From the sequence record MN642089.1: 64,000 nucleotides of DNA. The stretch is one strand, 5' to 3'. The translations under genes were made by a program, and so were the position numbers. Numbering within the stretch: the stretch's first letter is position 1; every line of letters begins with the position of its first letter. Of this stretch, positions 8,501 to 17,937 are shown one piece after another. The DNA comes from Klebsiella phage N1M2. The notes beneath the pieces were generated by a model. The model saw nothing but the letters and a program-made list of their open reading frames with translations. It was not told the DNA's origin and made no database searches.

Positions 8501-9872
8501 GAAAGTAAAGAACAATACCCAAGCTGGCACTAAAGTAACTCCTGCTATGAAGAAGGAAGTGGAAATGCCAACTCTGGAACAAATTGAAGCATCTGAGTTG
8601 CCAGCTTCTTATGTAGACTCAGATTCCTTTGAAGTAGCAGAGCCAGATCAAATGGAACCACTGGCTCCAACTAAGTTTGTGATTATGGGTCGCGAAGGTG
8701 AACTGATGCGTCCAGATCGTATTACCGATATGCCTCTGGTCATCATTGCCGGTGATAAGATCGAGCTGAAAGAATGTAAAGATCTTCCTATTGATAAATA
8801 CTGCGTGCCTGTGGGAGTACAGTTAGGTGCTACTCGTGATAGCATGAAACTTTATAAAGACAAAGACCAAGCCCTGTTGTCTAAAATGAAGTGGTATACT
8901 TTCACCACAGCTGGTCTGGAAGTTATTATCAGTAGTGGTTCTACTCTGGTAGTTCGTGAATGTTTGTCTGTTAACGACTACTGGTATGAAGAAGATGAAC
9001 CGCGTGGTAAGTCTAAGCTTATCATGGCTGGTGCGATGCTGGAAACTTCTAACCTGGTAGTTCGCGGTACAGCGACAGTGAATAACAGTTCTCTGATTGC
9101 TCAGAATCACGTAGAGCTGGTTAGTTCCAATATCACTACCACGATGATTAGCTCAGGTAGTAACATTACCGTTCGGGATAGTGTATTAACTGATTGCGGT
9201 TTCCTTAACCACACCCAGTCCTATACTTCACTTATCAAATGTCGTATGACTGGCGCTAAGATTAGCGGTTTTAAACGTGTTAACCTTAACCGTGTGGAAG
9301 CCTACGAACATTCTCGCTTTAATCTGAATGGCTGGGCGCGTGGAAGCGATACAGGTGCTTCTTTGGAAATCAAAGATATCACTTTGAACACCATGAATGG
9401 TCATTTCGGTTCTATTAATGAAGCACTGAGCAATTGGACTGACGTTTCTAATAGCTGGGCCGAACCAACCATTAATATCTCTCGTCGTATTGACTATGGT
9501 CAGTTCTCTAGTCTGGAAATGATTCCATTTGCCCGTGTCGGGAAATTCGACTTGTTGGTTGGTGGTGAAGTATTCCTGGCTACTGATTTCTTCCCTGTTG
9601 ATAAAGGTGAAACATATCCTGTCCCTAGTAAACAAGTACAGGTTCCTGGATTGAGTGGTGATTACACAGCTAACTACGGGATCGGTCTTTTAAATACTGG
9701 TGCCCATTATCGTGGAACTATGGTATGGAACCGCGCAGCTAAAATTATTTTCGGTTACCAATATGGTAAACAACCTATCGGTAAAACTGGCGAAGCAATG
9801 GTCAACACTTTAGTTGAGCAAATCAAATCACGTATCGGTATCTACGTGGAGTTATCAAATCTGTCAATGTAA
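8493..9872 (+). CDS. hypothetical protein with beta-solenoid-like repeats
   Basis: 459 aa. Central region has periodic S/T/N-rich short strands (SSGSTLVVRE, TSNLVVRGTATV, NSSLIAQNHVELVSSNIT, SSGSNITVRDSVLTD). Confidence 0.55.
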   Translation: MTKKVKNNTQAGTKVTPAMKKEVEMPTLEQIEASELPASYVDSDSFEVAEPDQMEPLAPTKFVIMGREGELMRPDRITDMPLVIIAGDKIELKECKDLPIDKYCVPVGVQLGATRDSMKLYKDKDQALLSKMKWYTFTTAGLEVIISSGSTLVVRECLSVNDYWYEEDEPRGKSKLIMAGAMLETSNLVVRGTATVNNSSLIAQNHVELVSSNITTTMISSGSNITVRDSVLTDCGFLNHTQSYTSLIKCRMTGAKISGFKRVNLNRVEAYEHSRFNLNGWARGSDTGASLEIKDITLNTMNGHFGSINEALSNWTDVSNSWAEPTINISRRIDYGQFSSLEMIPFARVGKFDLLVGGEVFLATDFFPVDKGETYPVPSKQVQVPGLSGDYTANYGIGLLNTGAHYRGTMVWNRAAKIIFGYQYGKQPIGKTGEAMVNTLVEQIKSRIGIYVELSNLSM

Positions 9873-9883
9873 TAGGTAAGTGT

Positions 9884-10576
9884 ATGGGAACAACAACTGC
9901 TGTTATAAATGCACATATCAGTGAGCAACTCACTGGGTTGATGCATTCATTCGGTAACTTGTTCGTTCACGTATCGGGGGAAGGGAAGGTTGACTTCCGT
10001 GCCCCTGGTATGGGTTCAGGCTGGTTAGGGATGATCAAAGTTATTCTGTCTGGTGATGTTGGGTGTATGAAACCATATAAAGGTTACGACACTTGTGCAT
10101 TTGACCAAGCGATTGAATACTTGATGGACCTGGATATGGCTCCACATTTGAACAGCTCTATTAACGAAGAGTATCTCGTTGACCGCGAGACTTGGGTTAA
10201 GTTTATCCAAGGTATCAAGGAAGAATGTTCATTTGTGGGTAAGCCATTACCGAAGTATACCTTCGAGCTTAAAACCGCTGATGAGAAACACGTCATTACA
10301 ACTATTGTTCTGGAACCTATGTGCAATGGTTTTGTAGTGGGTGAATACCAAGCTTCTAAAGAAGCTGAGTATATCGGCATTATCGAAGATTACGACCAAC
10401 CTAAAATCGATGCCTGTTTTATTCAGTGTGAAGGCAAAGAGTACGAAATTGAATTGGATAAACTGGTTCACTATCGTCATCGTAAATACCAACCTCGTAA
10501 AGGGGATTACCTGTTGTTTAATAACGACAAAGGTGTTTACGTAATCCTTCCTCAGGAAGACTACTCGATTCATTAA
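9884..10576 (+). CDS. hypothetical protein
   Basis: 230-aa ORF. Followed by terminator 10588-10614. Confidence 0.55.
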   Translation: MGTTTAVINAHISEQLTGLMHSFGNLFVHVSGEGKVDFRAPGMGSGWLGMIKVILSGDVGCMKPYKGYDTCAFDQAIEYLMDLDMAPHLNSSINEEYLVDRETWVKFIQGIKEECSFVGKPLPKYTFELKTADEKHVITTIVLEPMCNGFVVGEYQASKEAEYIGIIEDYDQPKIDACFIQCEGKEYEIELDKLVHYRHRKYQPRKGDYLLFNNDKGVYVILPQEDYSIH

Positions 10577-10587
10577 TAGTTAATGTT

Positions 10588-10614
10588 CCTCTTACTCCTT
10601 AACGGGAGTAAGAG
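10588..10614 (+). terminator. hairpin CCTCTTACTCC-TTAACG-GGAGTAAGAGG + T-tract
   Basis: Perfect 11-bp stem followed by ttcatattcatttgtatttattttt. Confidence 0.65.
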
Positions 10615-10639
10615 GTTCATATTCATTTGTATTTATTTT

Positions 10640-10668
10640 TGGACTTATATTATCTAAGTGTATAAGGA
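10640..10668 (+). promoter_or_regulatory. early promoter-like motif (GGACTTATATTATCTAAGTGTATAAGG)
   Basis: Same motif family as the other six copies. 40 bp upstream of 10704 with a downstream cttGTAGAAGGAG RBS block. Confidence 0.45.
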
Positions 10669-10703
10669 AACAATTTTTAATTAACTTGTAGAAGGAGTAA
10701 TTT

Positions 10704-11018
10704 ATGTCTGGTGATTTCTTACCTACTAAAATGTTTTCCAAACTGGCTGGAGAAGAACAGAAGTTGGGTAGCCATTATCATAATCAAAACAATGTAAGTC
10801 ACCAGCATCGCTTACTGACGATGACTCGTGAAGAACGTATCACCGACCTGGAAGATAAACTGGAAAAAGCCATGAACTATGACTTTGACCTTGTTGAAAC
10901 CATTCAGGAAAAAATCGATCTTTATCAAGGCATGACCGACGAGGAGTACAAGTCTTATATCCGTATCAAGATGTTGTATACTCGTAACGCTATCAAACCA
11001 ATCATCCCAACTAAATAA
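10704..11018 (+). CDS. hypothetical protein
   Basis: 104-aa ORF. Confidence 0.5.
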   Translation: MSGDFLPTKMFSKLAGEEQKLGSHYHNQNNVSHQHRLLTMTREERITDLEDKLEKAMNYDFDLVETIQEKIDLYQGMTDEEYKSYIRIKMLYTRNAIKPIIPTK

Positions 11019-11047
11019 CCAACCCTTTAATTATAGAGAGAAACAAA

Positions 11048-11533
11048 ATGACTAACTCAATCGCTGCAGCTTCTGAATTCCACAACACCATCCCTTTCCA
11101 GCAGATGATGTCGACCAAACATTACATCCCTACTACTAAGGCTAAACCTGAGCGTCGTAAATACAAAGTTCGGGGTGAGGATATCTCATTCAGCATCTCC
11201 GGTGATACACCAGCTCAGATTCGCGATATCGCCTGTCAGTTGCTTCAACGACTGGAAGAAATCAAGGGCTTGAAACTCTATGGTCTTCCTCACCTGATCG
11301 AGTGGGAAACTCATCATGTCAACCTGAAACCGTTGAATGAATATCGTCTGTGTTCTCCGGTTAAGAACATTACTCTGGAAATTGCAGAGTTTAAAGATGG
11401 TGAACGCATTATCATACAGATGTTCGAACACTATGGTCATCGTACCTCATTTACTTTCAAATCTAACGAGCGCAATGTTAGTGCAGTTATCGATACACTG
11501 CGTGGCATTCAACAGCGCCTGGCAGGTAAATGA
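11048..11533 (+). CDS. hypothetical protein
   Basis: 161 aa. RBS tagagagaaacaaaATG. Confidence 0.5.
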   Translation: MTNSIAAASEFHNTIPFQQMMSTKHYIPTTKAKPERRKYKVRGEDISFSISGDTPAQIRDIACQLLQRLEEIKGLKLYGLPHLIEWETHHVNLKPLNEYRLCSPVKNITLEIAEFKDGERIIIQMFEHYGHRTSFTFKSNERNVSAVIDTLRGIQQRLAGK

Positions 11534-11745
11534 TGGGCGAACGTTTAACTAAAACACTTTTTATCATGCAGCTCAGACATGGCATGAGAAAGATGGTCCT
11601 TCCGAAGATGAAGGAAATGATCGAGTTAGAAATTAACAAGATCGAAAAGATGTCTGAAGAAGAATTTGATCAGTACGTTTTAAAGACGGCTGGTAAACCA
11701 AATGAAATCAACCCGAACAAAACCAAGTTCAAAACTCATCGTTAA
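11530..11745 (+). CDS. hypothetical small protein
   Basis: 71 aa. ATGA overlap with the upstream gene. Confidence 0.4.
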   Translation: MMGERLTKTLFIMQLRHGMRKMVLPKMKEMIELEINKIEKMSEEEFDQYVLKTAGKPNEINPNKTKFKTHR

Positions 11746-11755
11746 GGAGAAACAA

Positions 11756-11995
11756 ATGAAAGCGCAATTCCGTATCACTCGTCGTAAACTGATTGAAGAA
11801 ATGAAGAATCTTCGTAAGATGCGTGCTGCCGCCAAAGGTAATCCTGATATGAAAGATCGTTATCGGGAACTGGGTGAGCGCATTGTGGAAACGCAAACTA
11901 AGATCGACCAGTTGAACGTTGCTCTGGGTATTCCGGTAATGACCAATAAAGGTTTTGCCAAACATCACGGCGTAGGTAAAGTAGACCGCAAATAA
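11756..11995 (+). CDS. small basic protein (start moved to ATG 11756, RBS AAGGAGA)
   Basis: MKAQFRITRRKLIEEMKNLRK.. is Lys/Arg-rich. Confidence 0.45.
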   Translation: MKAQFRITRRKLIEEMKNLRKMRAAAKGNPDMKDRYRELGERIVETQTKIDQLNVALGIPVMTNKGFAKHHGVGKVDRK

Positions 11996-12044
11996 CTTAG
12001 CGGTACTACCTCATTTATAAACTATTTGAATAGAGAGAAATAAA

Positions 12045-12674
12045 ATGGCTAGTAAGAAACCTCGTAACAAGAAGTTCAACCCACTCCGTACTCGTACCAA
12101 ACATATCCAGAACGTTTTGAATAACGCGATCAATAAGTTTTACATGATCGGAGATATGAACCACGATCCAATGTCTTTCCATGTTTCTGATATCAAGATG
12201 CAACTGAAAGGTGGTGACCTGGGAATTGCGTTGAGTGAGTTGACTAAATTCTTCTATGGGGAGAAACGCCATTGGGCTATCGGCATTTACCACTTCTTTA
12301 AGATCGATGATAAACTGGAGGTTGTTCCGACTATTGTTAAGTTGGATGAAGTTGATCTTCGTGAAGTTGCAGAAGTTGTTGATGTGAATGTCAAGCTCGC
12401 TAAAGAAGCCATCCTGGATCCAGAGGAAGGCTTTACAGAAGAGAATCATATCTTCTATGGTTATTACATCAACTATGGTAATAACTTATCCTGGGACGCT
12501 ATGGAAGCCGATATCATTAAAGCATTCATGAAAGTCAATCAGGATTTTGAAAACATCAAACCTGAAATCTGCGAATGTACTGCTGAGAAAGTTCTGCAGG
12601 CAATTGCAGGTGAGAAATTCAGCGTAGCTGATTCTAATCGACTGAAAACTTCAATGGTAGAGGAAACTAAATAA
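12045..12674 (+). CDS. hypothetical protein
   Basis: 209 aa. RBS tagagagaaataaaATG. Confidence 0.55.
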   Translation: MASKKPRNKKFNPLRTRTKHIQNVLNNAINKFYMIGDMNHDPMSFHVSDIKMQLKGGDLGIALSELTKFFYGEKRHWAIGIYHFFKIDDKLEVVPTIVKLDEVDLREVAEVVDVNVKLAKEAILDPEEGFTEENHIFYGYYINYGNNLSWDAMEADIIKAFMKVNQDFENIKPEICECTAEKVLQAIAGEKFSVADSNRLKTSMVEETK

Positions 12675-13009
12675 TGTCCAAGATGAAATTAGTATTTACT
12701 GAGTATCAAGAAAACTGGGATGCACACACTGTCCACGTTGTTGTTAAAGCAACATTAAACGGAACTCCATTAGAAGGGATTTCGTTGGACATGTCCCACA
12801 AGCGTGCAACTACTGAAGTAGTTAACCGTGCAGCTGCAAACCAAATCCTGGATGTAGTGGAACAGTCCATTAAACGTCTGGGTATGCAACCAAGTGATTA
12901 CGATCGCGATCTTAAATCCATGTTGAAAGAGTTCGACGTATTCCTGCATCAAACATTCAGAGATCAATGTTCCGAATTTGAAATTCCGTTCAAGCATCTG
13001 ATAAATTAA
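12674..13009 (+). CDS. hypothetical protein
   Basis: 111 aa. ATGA-type overlap with the upstream gene. Confidence 0.5.
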   Translation: MSKMKLVFTEYQENWDAHTVHVVVKATLNGTPLEGISLDMSHKRATTEVVNRAAANQILDVVEQSIKRLGMQPSDYDRDLKSMLKEFDVFLHQTFRDQCSEFEIPFKHLIN

Positions 13010-13039
13010 TCCGATCATTTTAATATAGAGAGAACTATC

Positions 13040-13387
13040 ATGAAACCAGTACTGACCTTTACCGATCTGATCATTAACGACGAAGATGGCAAATACAGCA
13101 TCGAAATGGTTGCCACGATCAATCGTGAGATCGTCAAGAAGATAACTCGCCCGATTATCAACCCTTCTGCTGAAATGCGCCAGAGCGTCTTCCAGAGCGC
13201 TTTAGATGGTATCTGTTTAGCGGCGGCTTGTGTAATGGATAACCGTGTTGAAGGTTTCCACTACCCAGCCGGTATGAACCTGGTAGAAAAGCTGTCTCTG
13301 TTTGATATCAAACAAACAGTTACCATGGCCAACGATCTGCGTGCTGCAGGTTTTGATACCAACATTATCATGGCGGCTATCTGGTAA
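13040..13387 (+). CDS. hypothetical protein
   Basis: 115 aa. RBS tagagagaactatcATG. Confidence 0.5.
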   Translation: MKPVLTFTDLIINDEDGKYSIEMVATINREIVKKITRPIINPSAEMRQSVFQSALDGICLAAACVMDNRVEGFHYPAGMNLVEKLSLFDIKQTVTMANDLRAAGFDTNIIMAAIW

Positions 13388-13713
13388 TGCTTCTAAGCCT
13401 ATTAGAAAGAATCAAGGGTTGGGTAAAACCAACCCCCAAACAACCTACCATTGAGTTTGTTTCACTTACCTCAATTTCTACAACTGAATGTATGGGATGG
13501 GTGAAAGTTTACCATAACAAATTGGTAATCAGGGTCAATGGTGTAACTCGTATTAAACGAACTAAGACGAACTCACAATTAACTTGTCATTCGTTTAGAA
13601 GAATGTTCGAGATGTGTATTGGGACAGGTGAAACATTACACATCGCAAGAAGTAAATACAAAATCGTCCTATCTGCTAAATTCAAAGCAGGTATTGGTAA
13701 AAACTTTATTTAA
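13387..13713 (+). CDS. hypothetical protein
   Basis: 108 aa. TAATG overlap with the upstream gene. Confidence 0.4.
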   Translation: MLLSLLERIKGWVKPTPKQPTIEFVSLTSISTTECMGWVKVYHNKLVIRVNGVTRIKRTKTNSQLTCHSFRRMFEMCIGTGETLHIARSKYKIVLSAKFKAGIGKNFI

Positions 13714-13726
13714 GGAACTTATAGAA

Positions 13727-15034
13727 ATGACTAAATCTAAAGAAGTAGTAATCGCTCGATTCGATGAAGTTGAAGGTACTGAAATTCTGATCACTTCCGT
13801 TGATGGTCATCAGGGTCGTTCACCTAACATGCTGGAAGCCATCCAGAAGTTAGTTTGCGATAAGTATGGGGAGGATTGGAAATCAGTAAATGCCATTTGT
13901 CGTCTTCCTTTCAAGGACCTGGTCAAGCGATATGGTATTGTTCGTAAAGCAGGTGTTCATTTACCTGTTGGTTATCCAGGCGGTGTTTATGAGGAGATCA
14001 AAGAACGCTCTCCGATTATCATCACTTACCACTCCGCAGCACAGGGTTACCCAAGTGGTGCGCTGTACAGTTACACTGCCGTATACGGTGATCAAAAAGT
14101 ATCTGTAACCCGTGGTAGTTCTTATCTGGGTATTCTTGATATCCTTACCGAACTGGGTTTTGAAGTAGAGCGTGGCAGGACCATCGAGTATCTGGTTGCT
14201 GAACATGACATTCGTTTAGAAACCAAACTTGATCCTTCCGCGGTGATCGATAAAGATCTTAAAGAAGTATTAACTCCTATTAACGACAACACTCCTGATG
14301 AGGAACCTAAAGTGACCAAACAAAAAGAACAGCGTATCAAACTGAACATTATCGACATCGAACCTAATGGCGCTGGAGACTGGGTCTTTACCATTGATGG
14401 CGTCGGTACTCGCGGTGAAGTAATTCCGCGTACTAAGTTCATCGTAACTAGCCGTAATAATTCATCCAACTCTCTGCGTACGGATCCTCGTATTGTGATC
14501 GCTGCAGTTCTTCCATCTATCTGCAGTCTGACTGATGATCAACTGATCGCTCTGCGTACCGATGATCCTGCTAAGTTTATTAGCAACATTGATTGGGCCG
14601 TTGGAGATACTCTTAAACGTGGATTCCCTAAAAACAATGCAGGGGCTGCGATCCTGAACTTCCTGGGTGAAATTGAAAAGGCATCCGGTGGTGATATTCT
14701 GGACACTCTGGTTGCATTTATGTTCAACCAAGAACTGAAGTGGGACCCAGATATGCAGATGGTTCGTAACATGTCTGGGGTGACGTCGGAAGGTGCTGAA
14801 ACTCGGTTCCGTGTTGTTCATGCTGTTGGTGGGTTCTTCGCTGAAGGCGCTATTGAAATGCGCAAGATTCGTATCTTCAAAGATCACTCCACTGTACAGA
14901 TCTACACCACTCCACACACGCATAAGTTCGATAAAGAAACTCATTGCAAGACCTTCACCACGAACCACCCAGAGCAGGTTCTGGAGTTCCTGCGTGGTAT
15001 CTCAGAAGTACAAACTCACAAGTTCTCTAAATAA
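13727..15034 (+). CDS. hypothetical protein (436 aa; start moved to ATG 13727, RBS aaggaacttatagaaATG)
   Basis: The ORF-track N-terminal extension from 13619 overlaps the previous gene and lacks an RBS. Confidence 0.55.
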   Translation: MTKSKEVVIARFDEVEGTEILITSVDGHQGRSPNMLEAIQKLVCDKYGEDWKSVNAICRLPFKDLVKRYGIVRKAGVHLPVGYPGGVYEEIKERSPIIITYHSAAQGYPSGALYSYTAVYGDQKVSVTRGSSYLGILDILTELGFEVERGRTIEYLVAEHDIRLETKLDPSAVIDKDLKEVLTPINDNTPDEEPKVTKQKEQRIKLNIIDIEPNGAGDWVFTIDGVGTRGEVIPRTKFIVTSRNNSSNSLRTDPRIVIAAVLPSICSLTDDQLIALRTDDPAKFISNIDWAVGDTLKRGFPKNNAGAAILNFLGEIEKASGGDILDTLVAFMFNQELKWDPDMQMVRNMSGVTSEGAETRFRVVHAVGGFFAEGAIEMRKIRIFKDHSTVQIYTTPHTHKFDKETHCKTFTTNHPEQVLEFLRGISEVQTHKFSK

Positions 15035-15064
15035 CTTTAATTGACACCTACAGAGGTAATATAA

Positions 15065-15412
15065 ATGAAACGCGCTTTAGTTCTTGTATTTGGTCTGGTA
15101 TGTTTGGTTGGTGGTCTGTTGATTGATTCTCCTACTGTTCAGGCTAAGAACTCTGGTGATCATTTTGTAAAAGGGAAGATCGTAGCTTTAGAAGGATGTT
15201 ATTCTAAAGAGACATCGGTTGAATCAATATGCCTTGGGGTTGTTGAAACGGCACTCGGTCATAGATCAGGTAAAATCGTTGGGGATGTTTATATCGGGAA
15301 GAACGTTTATCAGGAATGTGTTAGTAATTCTGTTGAAACTAAATGTTCTAAGGTATGGCGAGCCTCTGTAGGTGAAAGTTATTTAGTTGGTGGTGAACTC
15401 ACTGAGATGTAA
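15065..15412 (+). CDS. secreted protein (cleavable signal peptide, ..TVQA|KN)
   Basis: MKRALVLVFGLVCLVGGLLIDSPTVQA is the predicted signal peptide. Mature part is Cys-containing. Confidence 0.5.
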   Translation: MKRALVLVFGLVCLVGGLLIDSPTVQAKNSGDHFVKGKIVALEGCYSKETSVESICLGVVETALGHRSGKIVGDVYIGKNVYQECVSNSVETKCSKVWRASVGESYLVGGELTEM

Positions 15413-15420
15413 ATGAATAA

Positions 15421-15452
15421 TAGCTACTCTACCCAAACGGGTAGAGTAGCTA
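15421..15452. terminator. bidirectional hairpin TAGCTACTCTACCC-AAAC-GGGTAGAGTAGCTA
   Basis: Perfect 14-bp stem between convergent genes. T-tract on the plus side (tactttatttttttat). Confidence 0.65.
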
Positions 15453-15472
15453 GTTCATATTACTTTATTTTT

Positions 15473-15661
15473 TTATGACTTTATTTTGAAAACAACTGAA
15501 CCCTTATAGATAGTTCCATCTGGGTGTTCAACATAAGTATATTGAACAGAAGGACTTTCTATATTGTTGGTTGTCAAATCTGGTCTAGAGACACCTTCAT
15601 AGAAAGCTTTGAATGGTATCTGTCCAGTTTGACCTTGTAGAATATCTATCTTCTTGGCCAT
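15473..15661 (-). CDS. hypothetical small protein
   Basis: 62 aa. Last gene of the minus-strand structural unit. Confidence 0.35.
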   Translation of the reverse strand: MAKKIDILQGQTGQIPFKAFYEGVSRPDLTTNNIESPSVQYTYVEHPDGTIYKGSVVFKIKS

Positions 15662-15713
15662 TACAATATTACCTTATTATAGTTAGGACATAGAATCCTT
15701 TAAACAAAATAAA

Positions 15714-15743
15714 GAGTATCTACCCCTGGTGGGGTAGATACTC
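15714..15743 (-). terminator. hairpin GAGTATCTACCCC-TGGT-GGGGTAGATACTC
   Basis: Perfect 13-bp stem immediately 3' of the 722-aa gene. T-rich tract on the minus strand (tttattttgttt). Confidence 0.6.
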
Positions 15744-15754
15744 AATGATGAAGT

Positions 15755-17923
15755 TTATAAAATTTCTACTTTAAATCGGTCAGTAGGGATACCTTTACTA
15801 TTAGCTTTTGTTTCTAAATCAACAGAAGCTTTAAGTGCGAAATCTGTTTCATTGTATTTAACATTGAAAGTCAATTCTGCTGTATCTGTGATGACATCTT
15901 TTTCATCAGCAGTCACAGATTTGAATGCCCACTTACCGTCTTCAGTTTGAATAAATTCAAAGTCAGCTTTGATAGCTTCAGCATTATCACAAACTACAGA
16001 AGTTACATTAGCAGTAACATCTTCACCACCTACCTTTATTGTATAAACTAAAGGCGCAACGTCCCAAAGTTCCATTGTGTATTTGGTTGTTAGATCGGTG
16101 ATTCTTGGTTTGGTTGGTGCAGTAACATCAAGCTCTGCGGAGACACCTGTCCAAGACATAGGGAACCCATTATAATCTTCAGTGAGTTCAAACTCTATGC
16201 TGGCTTTGGAGTTCTCTTTATTGGATCTCACCTTACCTTTAAATACCAGACCTGTTTCATCTGTGGCAACAAAGTTATCAATAATGGTAACATCTGTCGG
16301 AGTAGCAGAAGTAATATCAACTTTAATAGCTGATGGTTCTGTTGCACCCAAAGTACGTAATTGAAGGAATCTCAATTCAACATCAGTTTGATCGTAAGGT
16401 TCTAACTTATTAGGAGTTAGTTGTGCAGTAACTGGTGTACCTGGATTACTATACGACTTAACTGGTATTTCAAATAAAGGCTCATCTTTATCTGGATAAC
16501 CCAGAACCATTGTGATATTAAATACACCTTTATTGTAAGAGGTCGTGACAACAACACCATAGTCACCAGGCTCAGCGCCAGGTTGAATATTGTTGCTATA
16601 TCCATTTATGACAGCATTTGGAGCTTTAACCTTAAGGCTCTTGAATACTAATCCAGATACTGGTTGACCAGCGGCATCTTTAACACTGAATGAAATCTCA
16701 TTCCGACCCATTGGGTTGATATCGGAATCCTGAGTTTTCCATTCCACACTGGCTGTTGGTTCAGACATGGAAATGACTTTCTGAACAAACTCCCCAACTT
16801 GTGTTTGATATTTGATATCAACTTGTTGAGTGAGTTCTACATCAGCACCAGTTTTATTTTCTTTAGTGATTTCCCAGGTAATTTCAGTGGCTGTTTTGCC
16901 AACCAACTTAATGATAGACTCGTCAGCAACAGTTACTTCCAAATCTTCATTAGATACTGCAACCCCATCATACTCTACGGACAGTTTAACTGAATGAGTA
17001 GAACCTTGCAGACCTTTTATTTCCTGTGGGATTTCTTTAATGGCAAGACCGCCAATATAAACCGAACCAGGTAAAGTGGTGGTTACTATGTTAACATTCT
17101 CAACAACACCTTCAGTGTCATCACCGATAACTATAGTAACGTCACCAGTGCCAGCCTGAGGCTTACTGTTAAGAACAATAGTTAGTGCATCCACATTGTT
17201 TACGATGCTGTCACCAAATGTGAATGGACCACCATTAGAGGACTCAGAACGCAATTTAAGAGCTTTAGCTGGTTCAGGTAGACCTTTGTACCAAACATTA
17301 AATACGGTGGTGGTAGTGCCTCCTATAGGGGCTTTACACTCGGTAGCTGTGGTTGTTGCTTTAAGAGCTACACCGTCATAAGGTTCGGCGTTAATGGTCC
17401 CTTCAAAAGTTTTAACCGTTTGGTCAGGATCATATTCAGCAGGTAACTTATAAGTCCAGTTTGCTTTGAAAGCTTTGGCTTCAGCAAAGCTAGCATCAGA
17501 CACGATATACCACTTGGTATTATCCCAAGGTCCCAATTGAATATTGGCAGTAGGAGTTAGTTTAACATCTACCAACTGACTAGTGATATCCTGACCATTG
17601 GCCATTACTTTAAATGGCAATGTCGTTCCACTATCCCATACCTTAGAACTAATAGGTGTGTCAACAGTCTCTAGTACCAATTTAGCTTTCTGCTTTAATG
17701 ATAGAGGGACTGTTAACTTGTACTTGTCTTTATATATGAATGTGAGGTTTGGTGTGTGAGTGGTATCCTGGGCAACTTCGCCCAGGAATTTATAGGTAAT
17801 AGAATCAGCGGTCTTACTCTCGATTTCAACTTTAGAAGTATCGTCGAGAGTAATAACCATTTCTGGATCTAAGTTACTCAACACCTCCCCATCAACAGCC
17901 ATTGCGTTTCTAACTGTTGCCAT
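15755..17923 (-). CDS. large beta-rich structural protein (fibre/Ig-like), 722 aa
   Basis: T/V/N/D/G-rich composition with no long hydrophobic segments. Co-oriented with the giant genes. RBS AGGA. Confidence 0.65.
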   Translation of the reverse strand: MATVRNAMAVDGEVLSNLDPEMVITLDDTSKVEIESKTADSITYKFLGEVAQDTTHTPNLTFIYKDKYKLTVPLSLKQKAKLVLETVDTPISSKVWDSGTTLPFKVMANGQDITSQLVDVKLTPTANIQLGPWDNTKWYIVSDASFAEAKAFKANWTYKLPAEYDPDQTVKTFEGTINAEPYDGVALKATTTATECKAPIGGTTTTVFNVWYKGLPEPAKALKLRSESSNGGPFTFGDSIVNNVDALTIVLNSKPQAGTGDVTIVIGDDTEGVVENVNIVTTTLPGSVYIGGLAIKEIPQEIKGLQGSTHSVKLSVEYDGVAVSNEDLEVTVADESIIKLVGKTATEITWEITKENKTGADVELTQQVDIKYQTQVGEFVQKVISMSEPTASVEWKTQDSDINPMGRNEISFSVKDAAGQPVSGLVFKSLKVKAPNAVINGYSNNIQPGAEPGDYGVVVTTSYNKGVFNITMVLGYPDKDEPLFEIPVKSYSNPGTPVTAQLTPNKLEPYDQTDVELRFLQLRTLGATEPSAIKVDITSATPTDVTIIDNFVATDETGLVFKGKVRSNKENSKASIEFELTEDYNGFPMSWTGVSAELDVTAPTKPRITDLTTKYTMELWDVAPLVYTIKVGGEDVTANVTSVVCDNAEAIKADFEFIQTEDGKWAFKSVTADEKDVITDTAELTFNVKYNETDFALKASVDLETKANSKGIPTDRFKVEIL

Positions 17924-17937
17924 GGGTATTTCTATCC

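Noticed and set aside
13619-13726. N-terminal extension of the 13619..15034 ORF, and similar extensions at 7408, 11702, 43702, 50198 and 46721
   Set aside because: Extensions overlap upstream genes and lack RBS. Internal ATGs with good RBS were chosen instead.
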